Below are positions 12,832 through 26,503 of a stretch of 56,224 nt of DNA, piece after piece. Within the stretch, counting starts at the first letter, position 1. The number at the start of each line of letters is the position of its first letter. The stretch covers positions 62,001 through 118,224 of the forward strand of contig MEDY01000120.1 of the NCBI GenBank assembly GCA_001724265.1, given 5' to 3'. The translations under genes were made by a program, and so were the position numbers. Origin of the DNA: Rhizaria sp. SCN 62-66 (Eukaryota). Below the pieces are notes generated by a model. The model saw only the letters and a list, made by a program, of their open reading frames with translations. It made no database searches and had not been told where the DNA came from.

Positions 12832-14703
12832 TTACTTCTGCTGCGGTTGTTGCAAGTAGCCAAACGAGAACGCCGCGCCAGCACCAGAGCCATTGCCGTT
12901 GCCATTGCCGTTGCCGTTGCCGTTCAGATGCGCGTAATTGCCGCCGCCGCCGCCGTTGCCGCTGCTGCCAGCGGCGCCGTGCGCGCCGTGCGCGGGGGTG
13001 AAAATGGCGGCGGCGGCCTGTTTGGCCACGACGCGGCCGTAGTCGACGCCGTCGTCCGCCGAGCCTGCGCCGACGCCAGCGCCAGCGCCAGCGCCAGTGC
13101 CCGCGCCAATGCCGGAAGGGGTGGCGAGGTCTAGGCCGAGCGCCGACAGCCCCAGGCCGTTGCTGCCGCCGGAGCCCAGGTCTAGCCCGAGGTCTAGGCC
13201 AAGCCCCAGGCCAGGAGTCTGACCGTGACCGTGACCGTGGCTTTGACCGGGTGCCGGGTAGGCCGTCAGACTGACGCCGCCCATACCGAGCCCGCCAAGC
13301 GCACCCTGCCCGTGGCCGTGAGAGTGACCGTGGGCGTGGCTGAGAGGCGGCGACGGCGAGGGCGCCGCAGACGCAGCCGCCGAGTGACTGGTCGAGTGAC
13401 TGGCGCTGGGGCCCAGGGGGTAGCTCGTGTGACCGAGACCGCCCAGCCCGGCCAGTCCGGCCAAGCCAGACAGACCGAGCGAGCCGCCGCTGCCAGTCAA
13501 ACCGCTGTTGCTGAGGCCACTGCTGCTGACTGAGTGGCCGAGCCCGCTGCCGCTGCCGCCGTTGCCAGTGCCGGCGACACCGAGGCCGAGGCCGAAGCGT
13601 AAGCCAGCGCCGGAGCCAGTGACGGCTCTGGCCGCAGCGGGCGTGGCGGCGGCGGCGGCGGCTCCGCTGGCGCTAGCGCTGCTGAGGCCGTGGCCGCCGG
13701 AGCTCTGGCTCGACGGGGAGGCCGCGAGGGAGGTGTTGCCGCTGCCGGCGCCGCTGGGGCCGCCGCTGCTGCCGCTACAGTTGCTACGCGCGCTGGACGA
13801 GGGGTACGAGCTCAGCACGTGCTGCAACGGCTGCTGCTGCTGCTGCTGCTGTTGTTGCGAGAGCTGCGATCGCAGCATCTGCTGTTGCTGCTGCAGCAAG
13901 AGCATCTGCTGCTGCGCGAACTGCTGCTGCTGCTGTTGCTGCTGCAGAGCGCTCCCATACCCATTGTCGGCAGTCATCCCCAGGCTGAGGCCCAGGCCCA
14001 GGCCCAGGCCGAGGCCCGGCGACTGCGCCCGCGACTGCGAATGCGCGAGCGAGTGCGCGTGCGCGCCAGCTGCATTAGAGGCCAAAGCGGATGATGAGGT
14101 CGCTGGCGGCGCGGTGGCGAACAGTCCGAGCGGCAGCGCGGGCGCGGGCGCGGTGAGGTCGGCGCCCGCGCTCGTGGGGTTCGCAGCCGAGGCCGCGGCG
14201 GCGGCGGCGGCGGCGGCCGAGGCGGCGGTGGCGCGCTTGGCGTCGTAGCTGGCCGCGAGCTGCTGCTGCAGACGCGAGATGTCCGCGATCTGCGCCTGCA
14301 GCCGCGCGATCATGGCCTCCTCGCTGTCGACGGAGCCGAGGCTGATGCTCGCACCGGCGCCGGAGAGCGAGATGGGGGCGATGCCGACGCCGCCGCCGCC
14401 GCCGCCCGCGCCGCTGCCGGCGAGAGAGAGGGAGCTGAGGACGGGGCTCGGGCTGGGGCCGGGGGCGGGGCTAGGGCTCGCGGCGGAAGAGAGGAGCATG
14501 TCGAAGTGGTTCGGGCTGGGACTGGGGTGGACCGAGGGCAGTGCGGACAGCGATGGCATGGGGAAGCCACCGCCGCCGGCAACGCCGGTGAGGGCGCTGG
14601 CGTTGGCGTTGTTACTACTGTGGAGGTCCAGAGCACTGAGGCCGGCGCCGTTGAAGCTGACGAGGCTGTTGAGGGTGCCGAGGCCGTTGACGCCGGCCAG
14701 CCC

Positions 14704-14740
<37 letters not shown>

Positions 14741-17700
14741 TAGCCGTAGCCGTGGCCGTGACCGAGCCCGTGACTGAGCCCGATGCCGTGGCCGTGGCCT
14801 TGGGCGTGCGCGAGCGATTGCGCCGTGTCTGCCGCGGAGACGGAGAGCGAGACGGGGGCGGTCGAGTTTCTCCCGCTGCCGCTGCCGCCGCCGCTGCTGA
14901 GCCCGCCAGCCGTCGCCGTCGAGTGACTGTGGGCCAGCCCGTACCCCGCGCTGCCCCCCGCGCCCGCAGTGTTGGAGGCGGAGCCGGAGGCCGAGGCCAT
15001 GACTGAGGGGGCGGCGGTGACGGCGGGCGCAGTCAGGCCCAGGGGCGTGATGGCCAGCGCGCGGCTCAGGTTGTGGCTGCTGTGGCTGAGGCTGCCGAGA
15101 CCAAGGCCGCTGCCGCTGCTGCTGTTACCGTTGCCGTTGTTGTAGCTGTAGCTGTAGCTGTTGGCATGTGAAGTCAGCGTGCGCGCCGGCCGGGCATTGA
15201 CGCCGCCGCCGCCGCCGCTGCTGCTGCCGCTGCCGGTTACGCCAGGTACGCCGGTGGCCCCGGAAGCGGCCCCGGCGGCGGCGGCGGCGAGCGTGGCCAG
15301 GGGAATGTGCACCACCGTCCCGTCGGCCAGAGTCACGGGCGCGGTCGCAGCAGCAGTGCCAGCAGTGCCGACTGTGTTAGCAAGCTGTTGCTGCTGTTGG
15401 AGCTGCATCTGTAGCTGCAGCTGCATCTGCATCTGCATCTGAAGCTGCTGATGCTGCTGCAACTGTTGCTGCTGCTGCTGCTGGCTCGACGACGAGGCCC
15501 CAGGCGCCGCTACAGGCCCCGCGGTGTTGGCGGCGACGGCGGCGGCGTTGGCGGCGGCGAGGAGCTCCGCCGTGACGCCCGCGCGCAGCGCGGCGGCCTG
15601 GCCTTGGAGCTGCTCGAGCAGGTGCTGGCGGTGGGCCGCGGGCACCGGCAAAGCGAGCAGCGCGCGCGCGTGGGCCACGACGGCCGCGTCGAGCCGCGCC
15701 AGCGTCAGCGCGCACCGCTGCACCGGGCCCTCCCTGCCGTCGCCAGCGCCGGCGCCGCTGCTGCTGCTGTTGCTGTTGTTGTTAACGCCGCTGCTGCTGG
15801 CCGCCACGTTGGAGTCTGGGAGGTCGGGACCAGCGGCGGCGACGGCAAGGGGGCCCAGCGACTGGATGAAAGCCCGGGCGGCCGCCTCAGCTCTCGTCGC
15901 CGCCGCGGTGCCGCAAGAAACTGCGCCAGCGCCAGCGCCAGCGCCAGACGGCGTCACGGCACCAGCGCCGAGCTGCTGCTGTTGGAGCTGCGCCTGCTGC
16001 GGCGGCAGCTGCTGCTGGTGCTGCGCGAGAGCCTGGGCCACCAGAGCCTGCGCCTGAGTTTGCGACTGCGAGCGGCCTCGGGCCACGAACGCCGTCGCCG
16101 CGGCCGACATCGTGCTGCCCGCGCCAGCGCTGGCGCTGGCGCTGGGGCTGGCGCTCGGGCTGGGGCTCGGGAGGACTGCGGAGGCGGAGGCGACTGCAGT
16201 GGCGGCCCTCTGGGGGGAGTCGGAGGCCGAGGCCGCGGCCAAAGCGTGCCGACCCAGCCGCGCGCTGGCGCTGCCACTGCCGCCGGCGCCGGCGATGCTG
16301 TGCGCAGCCGCGTTGCCGCTGGCGCCGGCGCCGCGGGGACCGGCGACGGGGGTGTTGTGGTGAGACAGCGCGTGCCCCGAGCCATGGACAGCGGAGTGCG
16401 TGTGCGAGTGACCGTGGGCAGCCAGGTGACCGTGCGCCGAGTGCGGGGGGTGCGGCGCGTGCCGCGGGTGCGTCGGAGTCTGCACCGGGGTACTGACACT
16501 CCCCGCGGCGGCACTTACACCCGGGGTCGACGGGGCAGCGGGGGGACCAAACCCTGGCGGCGGCGCTAATCCTCCAGTCACAGTCCCAGTCGCACTGGCG
16601 CTGGCACTGGCACTGGCGAGAGCGCCCTGCTTAGACAGCTTACCTTGCTGCTTACCCTGCTGCTGATGCTGCTGCTGGCGGAGGGCGGCGCGCACGGCCG
16701 GTCCCGCGACCGCGCCGCCGCCGCCATCCGCGGCCCCGGCTGCGGAAATGGCGGCAAGATCGCTGGCGCTGTTGCTGGCGCTGCCGCTGCCCGCGTTAGA
16801 GTGCGAGTGTGAGTGCGACAGCGCGGGCGCCGGCGAGCCCCGACCAGTCGCGGAGGCGGCAGAGGCGGCGGCGACGGCGCTAGCGGCGGCCGAGGCGGCT
16901 GAGGGCGGGAGCAGCGGCGTGCGGCACCGCGGAGTCGAGCTGACGCTGTTGCGCCCGCTGGCCACCATGTTGTGCTGGCCGTGGCCGAGAACGTGGCCGA
17001 GACCTTGGGCGGCGTTCTTGGCGATGGCGGTGTTGACCACAGAGAAACCGACCCCGGCGCCGCCGGCGACGCCGCTGCTGCTGCTGTAGGGCGCGAGCCG
17101 GACGGGGAACGGCGACGCCGCGGCCGACGCGGCGGCCGAGACGGAGTGGCGGGCTCCTCCCAGCCCGAAGATCTGCGGCGTGAACAACGGGCCCACCGTT
17201 GTCGCCGCCGAAAGCGCGGGGGAGGAGGCCACGCTGCCGTAGACGCTGCTGCTGCCGCTGGCCGGCTGGCTGACGCTGCCTTGGCCCAGGCCGCTGCCCT
17301 GCGGGTGGTGGTAGTAGCCGTAGTGGCCGCCACTGCCCCCGAGCCCCGCCCCGGCGCCGGCGCCGTGGCCCTGGCCGCTGCTTGCGGCCGCGGCCGCAAT
17401 CGCGATGGCGGCGGCAGCTGCCGCGGCGCCCGTAGAGCCAGGGGCGGCGGCGGCGGCCGTGGCCGAGGCCGACAGCGGCAGCCCCAGCAGCGCGGCGAAG
17501 ACCGGCGACAGCGCAGGCCCGGTGCTCCCGGCCGCGGTGCTGTTGGCGCCGCTATGTGAGGCGGTGGCGAGGAGGGCGGCGATGCGGCTGAGCGCCCAGC
17601 GCAGGTAGCGGGCGCCGCAGAGGTCCGCGCCGCCCGCGCCCGCCGCCGCCAGCAGCGAGCCCGCGCCCGCGGACGCGGACGCAGACGCAGCGGTGGCAGC

Positions 17701-20700
17701 GACGGTGGGGCCGTTGGACGATGACGACGACGAGGCCGCCGCCGCTGCCGCCGCCGCTGCCGCTGCCGCTGCAGCCACAGTGGGGGGCGCGAGCGGGACG
17801 CCCGCCGACTCGGGCACTGGCGCGGCGACGAGGGCCTGCGCGTGCGCCACGACCGCGAGCGCAGCCTGGGCCGCTTGAGCCAGCTGCGCCTGTGTCTGCC
17901 CGTGGCCGTGGGCAGCGTGCCAGTGGCCGTGGGCGAGGTGACCGTGGGGCAGCGAGTGCACGGAGCCGCCGGAGGCCGACGACAGCGCTGGAGTCGCGGC
18001 GCCTTGGTGCGCGTGCTGCTGCTGGCCCTGCTGGTGTTGCGGCGGCAGCGGCGGCAGCGGCAGCGGCGTGACCGACCGGAGCTGGAGCTGGGCTCCCGCG
18101 CCGCCGCCGGCCCCCTGCGCGCCGGTCCCACCGCCGAGCGCGCCGCCGCCGCCGACCACGGCCACCGGGGAGACCGCGGCCGCGGCCACGGCGGCGGCAG
18201 CAGCGGCGGCGGCGGCAGCGGCGGCCGAGCCCGAGGGCAATGTGGCCGAGGCCGAGGACACGGTGCGAGCGCCAAGGCCCTTAGCGATCTTGCCGCGAGC
18301 GCCGTAGCCGTCGCCATTATAGTCGACCTCGGCCTCGGTCTCGGCGGCGAGCTCGGCGTCGGCGTCGGCGTCCGTCTCGAAGCGAGAGCCAGCGCCAGCG
18401 CTCACGCCGGCGCCGGAGCCTGCGGTGGAGGCGGCGGCCACATCCTCCGCCTCTGCCTCCGCCTCTGCCTCTGCAGCGGCGGCGGCTGCGGCGGCGGCAG
18501 CAGCCGAGGCGGCGGCGAGCGCGTTGGCGGCCGCGAGTGCGAGCCCCTGGGCCGTTGCGACGGCGTTGTTGGCGAGCGCCTGCGAGACGGGGGCCAGACG
18601 CAGATGCTCGTACAGGCCGAGCGGCACGTAGGCCGAGGCCGAGAGACGGCAGGCCGGCACGGTGAAGAGCGCGTCGACGGCCGCGAGCGTCCGCGCCCAC
18701 AGTGACAGAGCGCCGGGCGGGAACGGCGGGGGCGAGGGGCACGAGGCCGGTGAGACAGTCGTCGGCGAGACAGAGGCGGCGGTGACGGAGGCGGCGGCGA
18801 GGGCGGCTGCGACGGCGGGGCTGACGTCGATGGTCGTCGTCGGAGTAGTTGAGGTGATCGAGGAGTTGTGGGCGATGCTCGTGTGGAGATTCGAGGCGTC
18901 CGAACTCTTGCTGCCGCTGCTGCCGCTGCCGCTCTTGTTACCGATTTCACCGTCAGTACTACTATCCTTGTCATCACAGTTATAACAGTTGTTGCCGCTG
19001 CGAAGCGCGATGATGTGCGCGACGAGGGGCGCCAAGTGCGGCGCAGACAGCGGCGGCGGCGCCAGCGGCACGCTGAAGACGGCCGAGTTGCTGGGCAGCG
19101 CCAGCGGTAACGGCCACGCACTGCGCGGCGCACCGAGGCGACTAGCGCGGCCGGTGCGGGGGCCTGAGCGGCCGGAGGGGCCAGAGCGGGCTGCGGTGGG
19201 AGGCGTAGAGTCAGTTTGTTGAGTGTTGGAATCGGCGTCCGCGCCAGCATCAGCGGGAGACTCAGGTTCCTTGTACTCAAGCAGTAATGGTCCTTGCTTA
19301 CTACCCCTTTGCTGTTGCTGCTTCTGCTTGTTCCACAGTTGCAGCTGCTGCAGGCTCGGCGCCTGCGTCGTCGAGAGGAGCGTGAACAGGGCCGTGAGGA
19401 CCGTGGCCTGCGCGGGCAGCGACGGGGACGGCGCCGCGTCGGCTGGCACGTTGAAGAGCCTAGAGAGCACCGAGACGGGCACGCTCACAGTCGACCTCGC
19501 CCTCGCAGTTGAAGTCGCAGTTGAAGTGGAGTCGGAGTTAGCGTCGTCAGGACTGCTGAGACTGCTGCTGCTGCTGTTGCTGCTCAGAGCGGCTGCGCCG
19601 GTGCTGGTGACCGTGTCGGCGACGGCGAGCGCGAGCGCAAGCGGCAGCGGCAAGCTGGGGTCGCTGCAAAGCACTCTAAACACGGCCTCAGCCTCCGCCC
19701 CGGCAGCAGCATCAGCATCAGCTTTGCGAGCGCCGAGCGTGTCGGCGTCGCCGTCGTTGCTGCCTTTACCGTTGCCGTCGCGGTCAGAGCCGTGGCTCCC
19801 AATGCTGTTACTGCTCTTGCTCCTGCTCAAGCTTCGACCGACGGCGACGTTGGGACTCGCCAAACTGTTCCTGCTTCGCTTGCTGCCCCGGTCTTTCCCG
19901 TCGGCCTCGGCCCCGGCCTCGGTCTCCGCAGCCCCAGCCCCAGCCCCAGCCCCAGCTTCAGCCTCTGCGTCAGCCTCTGCGTCAGCGTCAGAGTCGGAGG
20001 GCGAGGGCGGCCGCATCAGCAGCAGCTGTGCAGCGTGCGCGCGTCCCGCGGTCGGCGTCGGCGCCGTCACCGGCACCGCAGGCCACTCGGACTCGGACTC
20101 AGCGTCACGGTCGTCGTCACGGCCACGGTCACGGCCAGCGGTGCTCTTGGCGCTGCTGCTGGCGTCTCTGTCGGGACCGAGACTCTTGCTCTTGCTGCAC
20201 TGTACTGTGAGCGCCACTTTGGCCGCCGCATCCGTGCCCGCAGTGGCCGTCGCAGCGGCAGCGGCAGCGGCGGTGGCCCTCTTGGCATCGCAGAGCGCGG
20301 CCGGGAAGGCCCGCGGGAAGGCGAAGGGCGTCGCGGCGGGCATGCGGTAGTGCGCCGCGGGCTTGAACAACGCCAGCAGCCGCAGCGCCGCCAGCCGGCA
20401 GTCCTCCGCGTCCTCCGCGTCAGCATCGCAGTCTTCGCCAGCGCCAGCGCCAGCGCCGCTGTCAAGGGCCTCAGTGCCGTCAGCGGTAGTGTCCTTGTCA
20501 TTGCTGCAGACGGCCTTTGCGCTGGCACGAGCGTCCGCCGCGGCGGCTGCGAGCGCCGCGGCGAGCAGGGGCGCGTGCGCGGCGTGGGAGCCGTCGCCCA
20601 GAGGCGTGTAGCGCAGGTCGTGGTCCTGCGCTAGCAGCGCTGCCACCGCCGCCACGGCCGCGGCGCGCGTCCGCGGCGGCGGCGCCGGCGCGGGCAGCGC

Positions 20701-22620
20701 GGGGAGGCCCCGGATCACGCCCGCGGCGGCCTCGGCGGCGGCGGCGGCAGCGGCAGCGGCGGCGGCAGCGGCAGCGGCGGCGGGGGACTCAGGCGCAAGC
20801 GCGGGGGAGCAAGGCAGGGACTCGGGGACCAGGTCTTCCGCCTCCGCCTCCACCTCCGCACTCGTGGTCGCATTCTTCGTGGCCTCAGAGTCGTTGGACT
20901 CGGTCTCAGCCCCACAGTGCGTCAATGCTAGCGTCTGGCTCTGGCTCTGAATCTGGCTGAGCTTGTGACTCTTCACAACGAGACTGTGCGTGCGGTTGCG
21001 ATTGGGCTGCGGCGGCTGCAGCGCGGCCTCAAGCGCGGTGCGCAGCGCGGGGACGAGGCGGAAAGTGAAGGCGTCAAACACCTGCCGCGGGTCGACCAGA
21101 AACACCTCATCGAAGAGGGGCGCGAGGTCGCTCTCGTCCTCGTCGTCCTCATCGTCTTCATCATCATGGTCAGCGTTGTGCCCGTCGCCGTCGGTGACAT
21201 CATCATCACACTCAAAGTCACTGTCGATGTTCACGCGGGATTCGAGAGAGGACGCTGAAGAGGACGCAGACGCGGAGGCCGAGGTCGAGGTCCCCCGAGA
21301 GAAGGCGGGGGCCAGAGGGCTCGAGAGCGCGCTGCTGAGGCTGTTGAGACTGTTGTTGCTGTTGAGACTGTTGTTGTCAGCCAGCGACGCGAGGCCGCTG
21401 AAGCTGTTGCTCGCCAGCACGTTGCTGTTGTTGTTGTTGCTGTTAAGGGAGTTAATGTGGCTGTTAAGAGTGTTTAGGTGAGTGCAGTTCTGATCGTTAT
21501 CGTCAAGATCGTTCTTGCCACCATTGCTGCCGTGGTAGCCCCGCGCGGCGGCCAGCACCGCGGCCCTGCTGCGCGCGAGCCGCCGCAGCGCGCGGCGCGC
21601 CGCGGGGCCCTGGAAGACGGAGGCGGGCGCGAGCAGGTCGGAGCGCGCCGAGGGCCGCATGAGGCGCACGACGACCCACCCCTGGCCGCGCGTGTCGGCC
21701 TGCACGAGCCGCGCCACGTCGGCGAGCCCCCGCAGCGGCGGCAGCGCCGCGGACACCGACGCCGACGCGGATCCTGGGGCTGCCGGGGGCGGGGAGGCGG
21801 AGGGCGAGGGACGCGGGCCGGTGCCGCCGCTGCTGAAGCCGCCGCTGCTGTCTCTAGCGCAGGGGGACGGGGCGGGGACGGGGCAGGCAGCCACGGGCTG
21901 CAACTGCTGCTCTTGTAGCTGCGGATGAGCCTGCGACAGTGAATCAGAGCCCGCGGCGGCGGCGGCGGCGGTGACGCGGGGGCGCATGTAGTGCTGCTTG
22001 TCGAAGAGCGCCCGGTCTGCGACGAAGTCGACGATGCGTGCGCGGTAGAAGCGGTCATGCAGAAAGCACACGGCCTCGGACCACTTGCGCAGCAAGAAGG
22101 CGTAGTCGGGCTCGCCTGTGACAGAGCGAACGAACTGCGTCTCGTCGATGGCGCCGTTGCCGCCCAGGCGGTAGATGCGGTACAGCATGTGCGGTTTGCG
22201 GATCTTGCACGTGACTGCGGGCAGCACGTTCGGGTCATCGTCGCTCAACGGCGCGAAGCGCGCAATCTCGTCGGGCTCGCGCCGCGCGGAGGACGCTGGC
22301 GCAGCGACGGACGCGAACGACGCGGCGCTGGCGCGCGGCGCGGCGAGCGAGCCGGCAATGGCGGCAGTGCCGTCATTGTTGGCGCCGGTGGCGACGGTTT
22401 GCGCGGATGCGGAGGAGGGGGTTGCGGCGGGCGGCGCGGCGGCGGCGTCAGCGTCGTCGGTCTTGTTCTTGGCGTTGACGCGTTTGAACTGGCGGCGCAG
22501 ACCGACGATGACGCCCAGGAGGTTGGGGTTCTGAGGGAGGGTGTAGACGACCCGGTCACCGATGGTGAAGTGTCGGCTGAAGAACTGCTTGGGCCCCGAG
22601 GTGTCGACCGCGAACGACAT
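12832..22620 (-). CDS. Very large (~3,260 aa) mostly low-complexity protein of unknown function, with an N-terminal folded-looking region
   Basis: Uninterrupted 9.8-kb GC-rich ORF; first in-frame ATG at 22620 (MSFAVD). Contains Ala/Ser/Gly/His and polyQ tracts. Stop TAA. Confidence 0.8.
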
Positions 22621-23525
22621 GACGCGCGCAGGAAACGGGAGAGTCGGCCGGCAGTCTGCGCGGACAAAGAGCAAAGCGAAAGCAAGTGAGGATGGGGATA
22701 GACAGAGAGCGGAAAGATGAGCCAAGAAGGTTGACCTAAAAGGGCTCTCAAGATGCAGTCAGTTTAGGTGAAACAAACCTATCGTTTGAATTCCCAAAGA
22801 AATTCAGATAAAAAAAACAGTACACAGTCAGATAATTGAAAATAGTCCCCTCTCATGGACATGCACGAGTGAAATTGACTGACCTCGTGCGAGTCTACCA
22901 GCCAAAGAGCGACTCTTTGTGTTGTCTCGTCGCCCCCCGCCACTTGATCCTGAACCCAAGGACCGAAAAAACCTCACTACCAGCAGCAAGCAGCCGGCCG
23001 ACTTCCTCTGTCTGGGGTGTGTGTAAAACGGATATCTCACGACTTTATTCGGTCGTCGATACCGCTATCATAACGGTATCATGAACTAAACGAGGGCTGC
23101 ACTATTTGTTATATTAACCATATACACCCAACATCGTGGTGGAACTCGCAATCCTTGCTTTTCGAAGGCTTCTTCCCGGCTCTCTTGTTATCCCTCTCGA
23201 CCCCCAACATCATTTCCCTCGCTTTTGTGTCGCTTAATCGCACGCTATGCGTAAATCAACTCACCATCACAGCAGACAAACACTTCATAATAGTTTTACT
23301 ATGCTATCTTACCTTAAGTACTCAAATTATCCCTCTTTATTCTTCCTGATGTGCCCCCAAACTCCACTTCGACCGATACAGAGCCCGTTCCCCCCGGTTC
23401 CTGCCCAGGCCGGTACTCCCACCTTTCCACCTCCCAGCCGTCGCTGTCTCCCCACAGCACCACTATCCTACTCAGAACCCCCTCTCTGGCGCTTTTGTGC
23501 TCTCAACACCCCACCCCCGCGCCCG

Positions 23526-24044
23526 ATGTCTGCGAAGAACCCCGCCGAGTTCGGCAAGACTCTGCTCATGAACCAGTTCAAGCACCTGTCCAAGCACTGC
23601 CCCGATGGCTTCTCCATCGGGCTCGTCGACGACAACGTGTACGAGTGGCAGGTGCTGATGCAGGGCCCCGAGGACACCGACTACGAGGGCGGCTACTTCC
23701 CCTGCCGCCTCTCCTTCACCTCTGACTTCCCTAACTCGCCGCCCACGATGCGCTTCACCACGCGCGGCTTCTGGCACCCGAACGTGTACCCCGACGGCCG
23801 CGTATGTATCTCGATTCTGCACGAGGCCAAGGAGGACCCGTTTAACGAGGCGGAGCAGATGAGCGAGAAGTGGCGGCCCATCATCGGCGTCGAGGCGATC
23901 CTCGTCTCGGTCCAGTCCATGCTCTCCGAGCCCAACTTCTCCTCCCCCGCCAATATCGACGCCAGCGTCGAGATGCAGAAGGACCCCGAGGCCTACCGCA
24001 AGCGCATCCGCCAGCTCGTCCGCCGCACGCTCGAGGAGCTCTAA
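23526..24044 (+). CDS. Ubiquitin-conjugating enzyme E2, Ubc7/UBE2G-Cdc34 family
   Basis: HPNVYPDGRVCISILH (active-site Cys) followed by the family-specific acidic loop EAKEDPFNEAEQMSEKWRP; also GP.DT.YEGG.F and SPANIDA. Stop TAA. Confidence 0.96.
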   Translation: MSAKNPAEFGKTLLMNQFKHLSKHCPDGFSIGLVDDNVYEWQVLMQGPEDTDYEGGYFPCRLSFTSDFPNSPPTMRFTTRGFWHPNVYPDGRVCISILHEAKEDPFNEAEQMSEKWRPIIGVEAILVSVQSMLSEPNFSSPANIDASVEMQKDPEAYRKRIRQLVRRTLEEL

Positions 24045-24652
24045 CTGACCCTTACATTGGCCGCACTTAGATAAGGCGATTAGGCTGAGGCTTTAATTTT
24101 GATGATGTATTATGTCTGTTTTGTTGTGGTTGTGCTTGTGAGGTGAGAGTTCAAGGCTGTTGTTCTTAGTTGTTTAGTCTGCTCTTCGAGTGTTCTTGTG
24201 TTGGTTGAGTTCGTCGTGTGTGTGTAGAGCAATGTCATGCTCTAGATAATATGTGAGATTGAGATATGATATTTGAGATAGCTTCGACACCAGCCAGCCA
24301 GTGTATTCGTGTGATACTGAGTCTGCGTCCGAGTCAGCGTGATGCGCTGTGTCTGAGCCGAGTTCAGTGCTTCGGTGACACAACAAGTGTTTTGTGTGTG
24401 CGAACCGAAACCATGACGACTGACTACGCCACATAAAAAGACAAAAATAAAATAAATCCAATTCAAAATGAACAAGCAAACTTAAATAACTTCATTAAAC
24501 AAACACGGAAATGCTTCATGATAATTGTTATGTTGTCTAAATAGTACAATTTATTTGTCATAACCCATGCTAACCTTAAATGCACTAGGTTCATGACAAT
24601 CATGACGCAAGGTAGGTCTACATATTTTTTTTCTTTGCGTTGTTTGTTTACA

Positions 24653-26503
24653 TTACAGTGCGACGTCCATGACCATCATGACGATGAACCCCACGGTCAG
24701 CCCTAACGACGCCAGCGTCCCCCCCTTGACGGCCCCCACGGCCGCGCAGCACGCGCTCTGCCTCAGCCTCTTCCCTCCACCGTTGCCGTCGGTGTCGTCC
24801 TTGCTTTCACTCTCATCGTCGATGGCGCTTTCGGCGTTGGCTTCGGGGATGAGCTGCTCGGCAACGACGAAAACCATCGCGCCGGCCGCGAAGGCCATAG
24901 TGAAAGGCAGCACCTGCGTCGTGGCCCGCACGGCGAGCGCGCCCAGCAGACCCGCCGCGACCTCAAACAGGCCCGAGAGCTGCCCCCAGAAGAAGCAGAG
25001 CCAGCGCGGGCGGCCCAGGCGCAGCAGCGGGAGCGAGACGGCCATGCCCTCGGGGATGTTCTGCAGCGCGATGCCGATCGCGAGCGCGCGCGCCGCCAGG
25101 AAGGCTGCGGAGCCGTCGCCGTTCGCCGCGGCGGCCACAGTGTCGTTGTTGCTACTGTTATTGGAGAGCGAGCCGAAGCCGACGCCGACGGCGAGGCCCT
25201 CGGGGAAGTTGTGCACCGTGATGGCAACCGTGAGCAGCAACACGCGGCGCCACGAGCGCGCCAGCGCGGCCGCCGACGCAGGCGAGAGAGCCGTGGCAGA
25301 CAACGGGGCAGACACCGCGGACGCAGACGCTGACGCAGAGGTAGTCAGCGCAGTCTTGTTGTCGTCGTTGTCAGCGCTCGCGCCTTCGTTGTTGTTGTTC
25401 GCGGTAGCGGCAGCGCGCGCGCGGGCGCCGCGGGTGCTGCTGCGGGGGCCGCGGCGGCTACGGAGAGTGTCCTTGTCGTCCGCATCAGCGTTGTTGTTGT
25501 TGTTGTTGTTGCTGTTGTTGTTGTTGTTATCATGGTGGGCTTTAGTGGAGGCATTGTTCCTGCGAGTGCCACGGGCCCGGGACCGCGACCGCGACTGTGA
25601 GCGTGACCGCGACCGAGAGGCCGAGGCAGCCTCGGGTACATCAGCAGCACTCGTATTCTCAGTGTCGGCGGCCTTCTTCGCGTCATGGGTGAGCGCGGGC
25701 ACGGCGGCACCGCTCTTGTCAGCGATCGTGCTCTTGTCGCGGCTCTGATCGCCGCCGCCGGTGACTGAGTGAAGCAGAGTGGCCTCGTCGGGCAGCAGCA
25801 AGTCCGCGCCGAACACGAAGAGCGCGCCGGCAAGGAAGCCAAGCGCCACGGGCACCCAGCGTAGGTCGCGGCCGTCCGCGGACCAGCCCATCTGCTCCGC
25901 GTACTCTGCGTGCAGAGAGCGGCAGAGAGCGCGCGGGAGAGCAGCGAGAGGAGGGTTGGGCGCGAATGAGTGATGCGATAATCAAGTGATGAGGATTCAG
26001 AGTGAATATAGAGATTTAAAAAGATTAGTGCATATATTTGAAGTTGAATAATACTATTTTCAGTGATGAAACCACAAAGCTTTGATATCATGCAATATTT
26101 TCGAGATATAGCGTACCAAAGGCGGGCGCGAGGAGCGACCAGTAGGAGGCGGCGAGCATGACGCCGCCAGCGAAACCGAGAGAGATGTCAAGCAGCGACT
26201 TCTCAGACTATAAGAAAGGAGTACAACAACAATTAACCGACCGTGAGGAAGATGTACACCCGAGTTGAGATCAATACGAGAGCACTATAGCAGTTAAAGA
26301 AGCAGTGCAAAGATCGAGAAGGTATGAGAGCCAGCAGCATTATCAAAGCCTCTAATGAGGCCTTGCGGGACAGACAGAGAACGTACCTTCGGGTGCATGG
26401 ACTTAGGCACAAAGAAAACGATGGCGGCACCGGCAGCAGTGGCGCCCCATGTCACAAGCGTGCCTAACAGGGCCTGCATGAGGGGGGATTCGCCCTCGAT
26501 CAT
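24653..26503 (-). CDS. ZIP-family metal transporter, ZIP11/GufA subfamily
   Basis: Exons 26503-26387, 26207-26117 and 25905-24653 (486 aa). Motifs LGFAGGVMLAASYWSLLAPA, HNFPEGLAVGVGFG, QNIPEGMAVSLPL, GQLSG..E, AFAAGAM..VV..LIPE and MM.MDVAL. Stop TAA. Confidence 0.94.

Noticed and set aside
13820-13945. CTG/CAG and similar tandem repeats as CRISPR arrays or mobile elements
   Set aside because: They are in-frame coding microsatellites (polyQ/A/S), with no repeat-spacer structure, transposase or terminal repeats.
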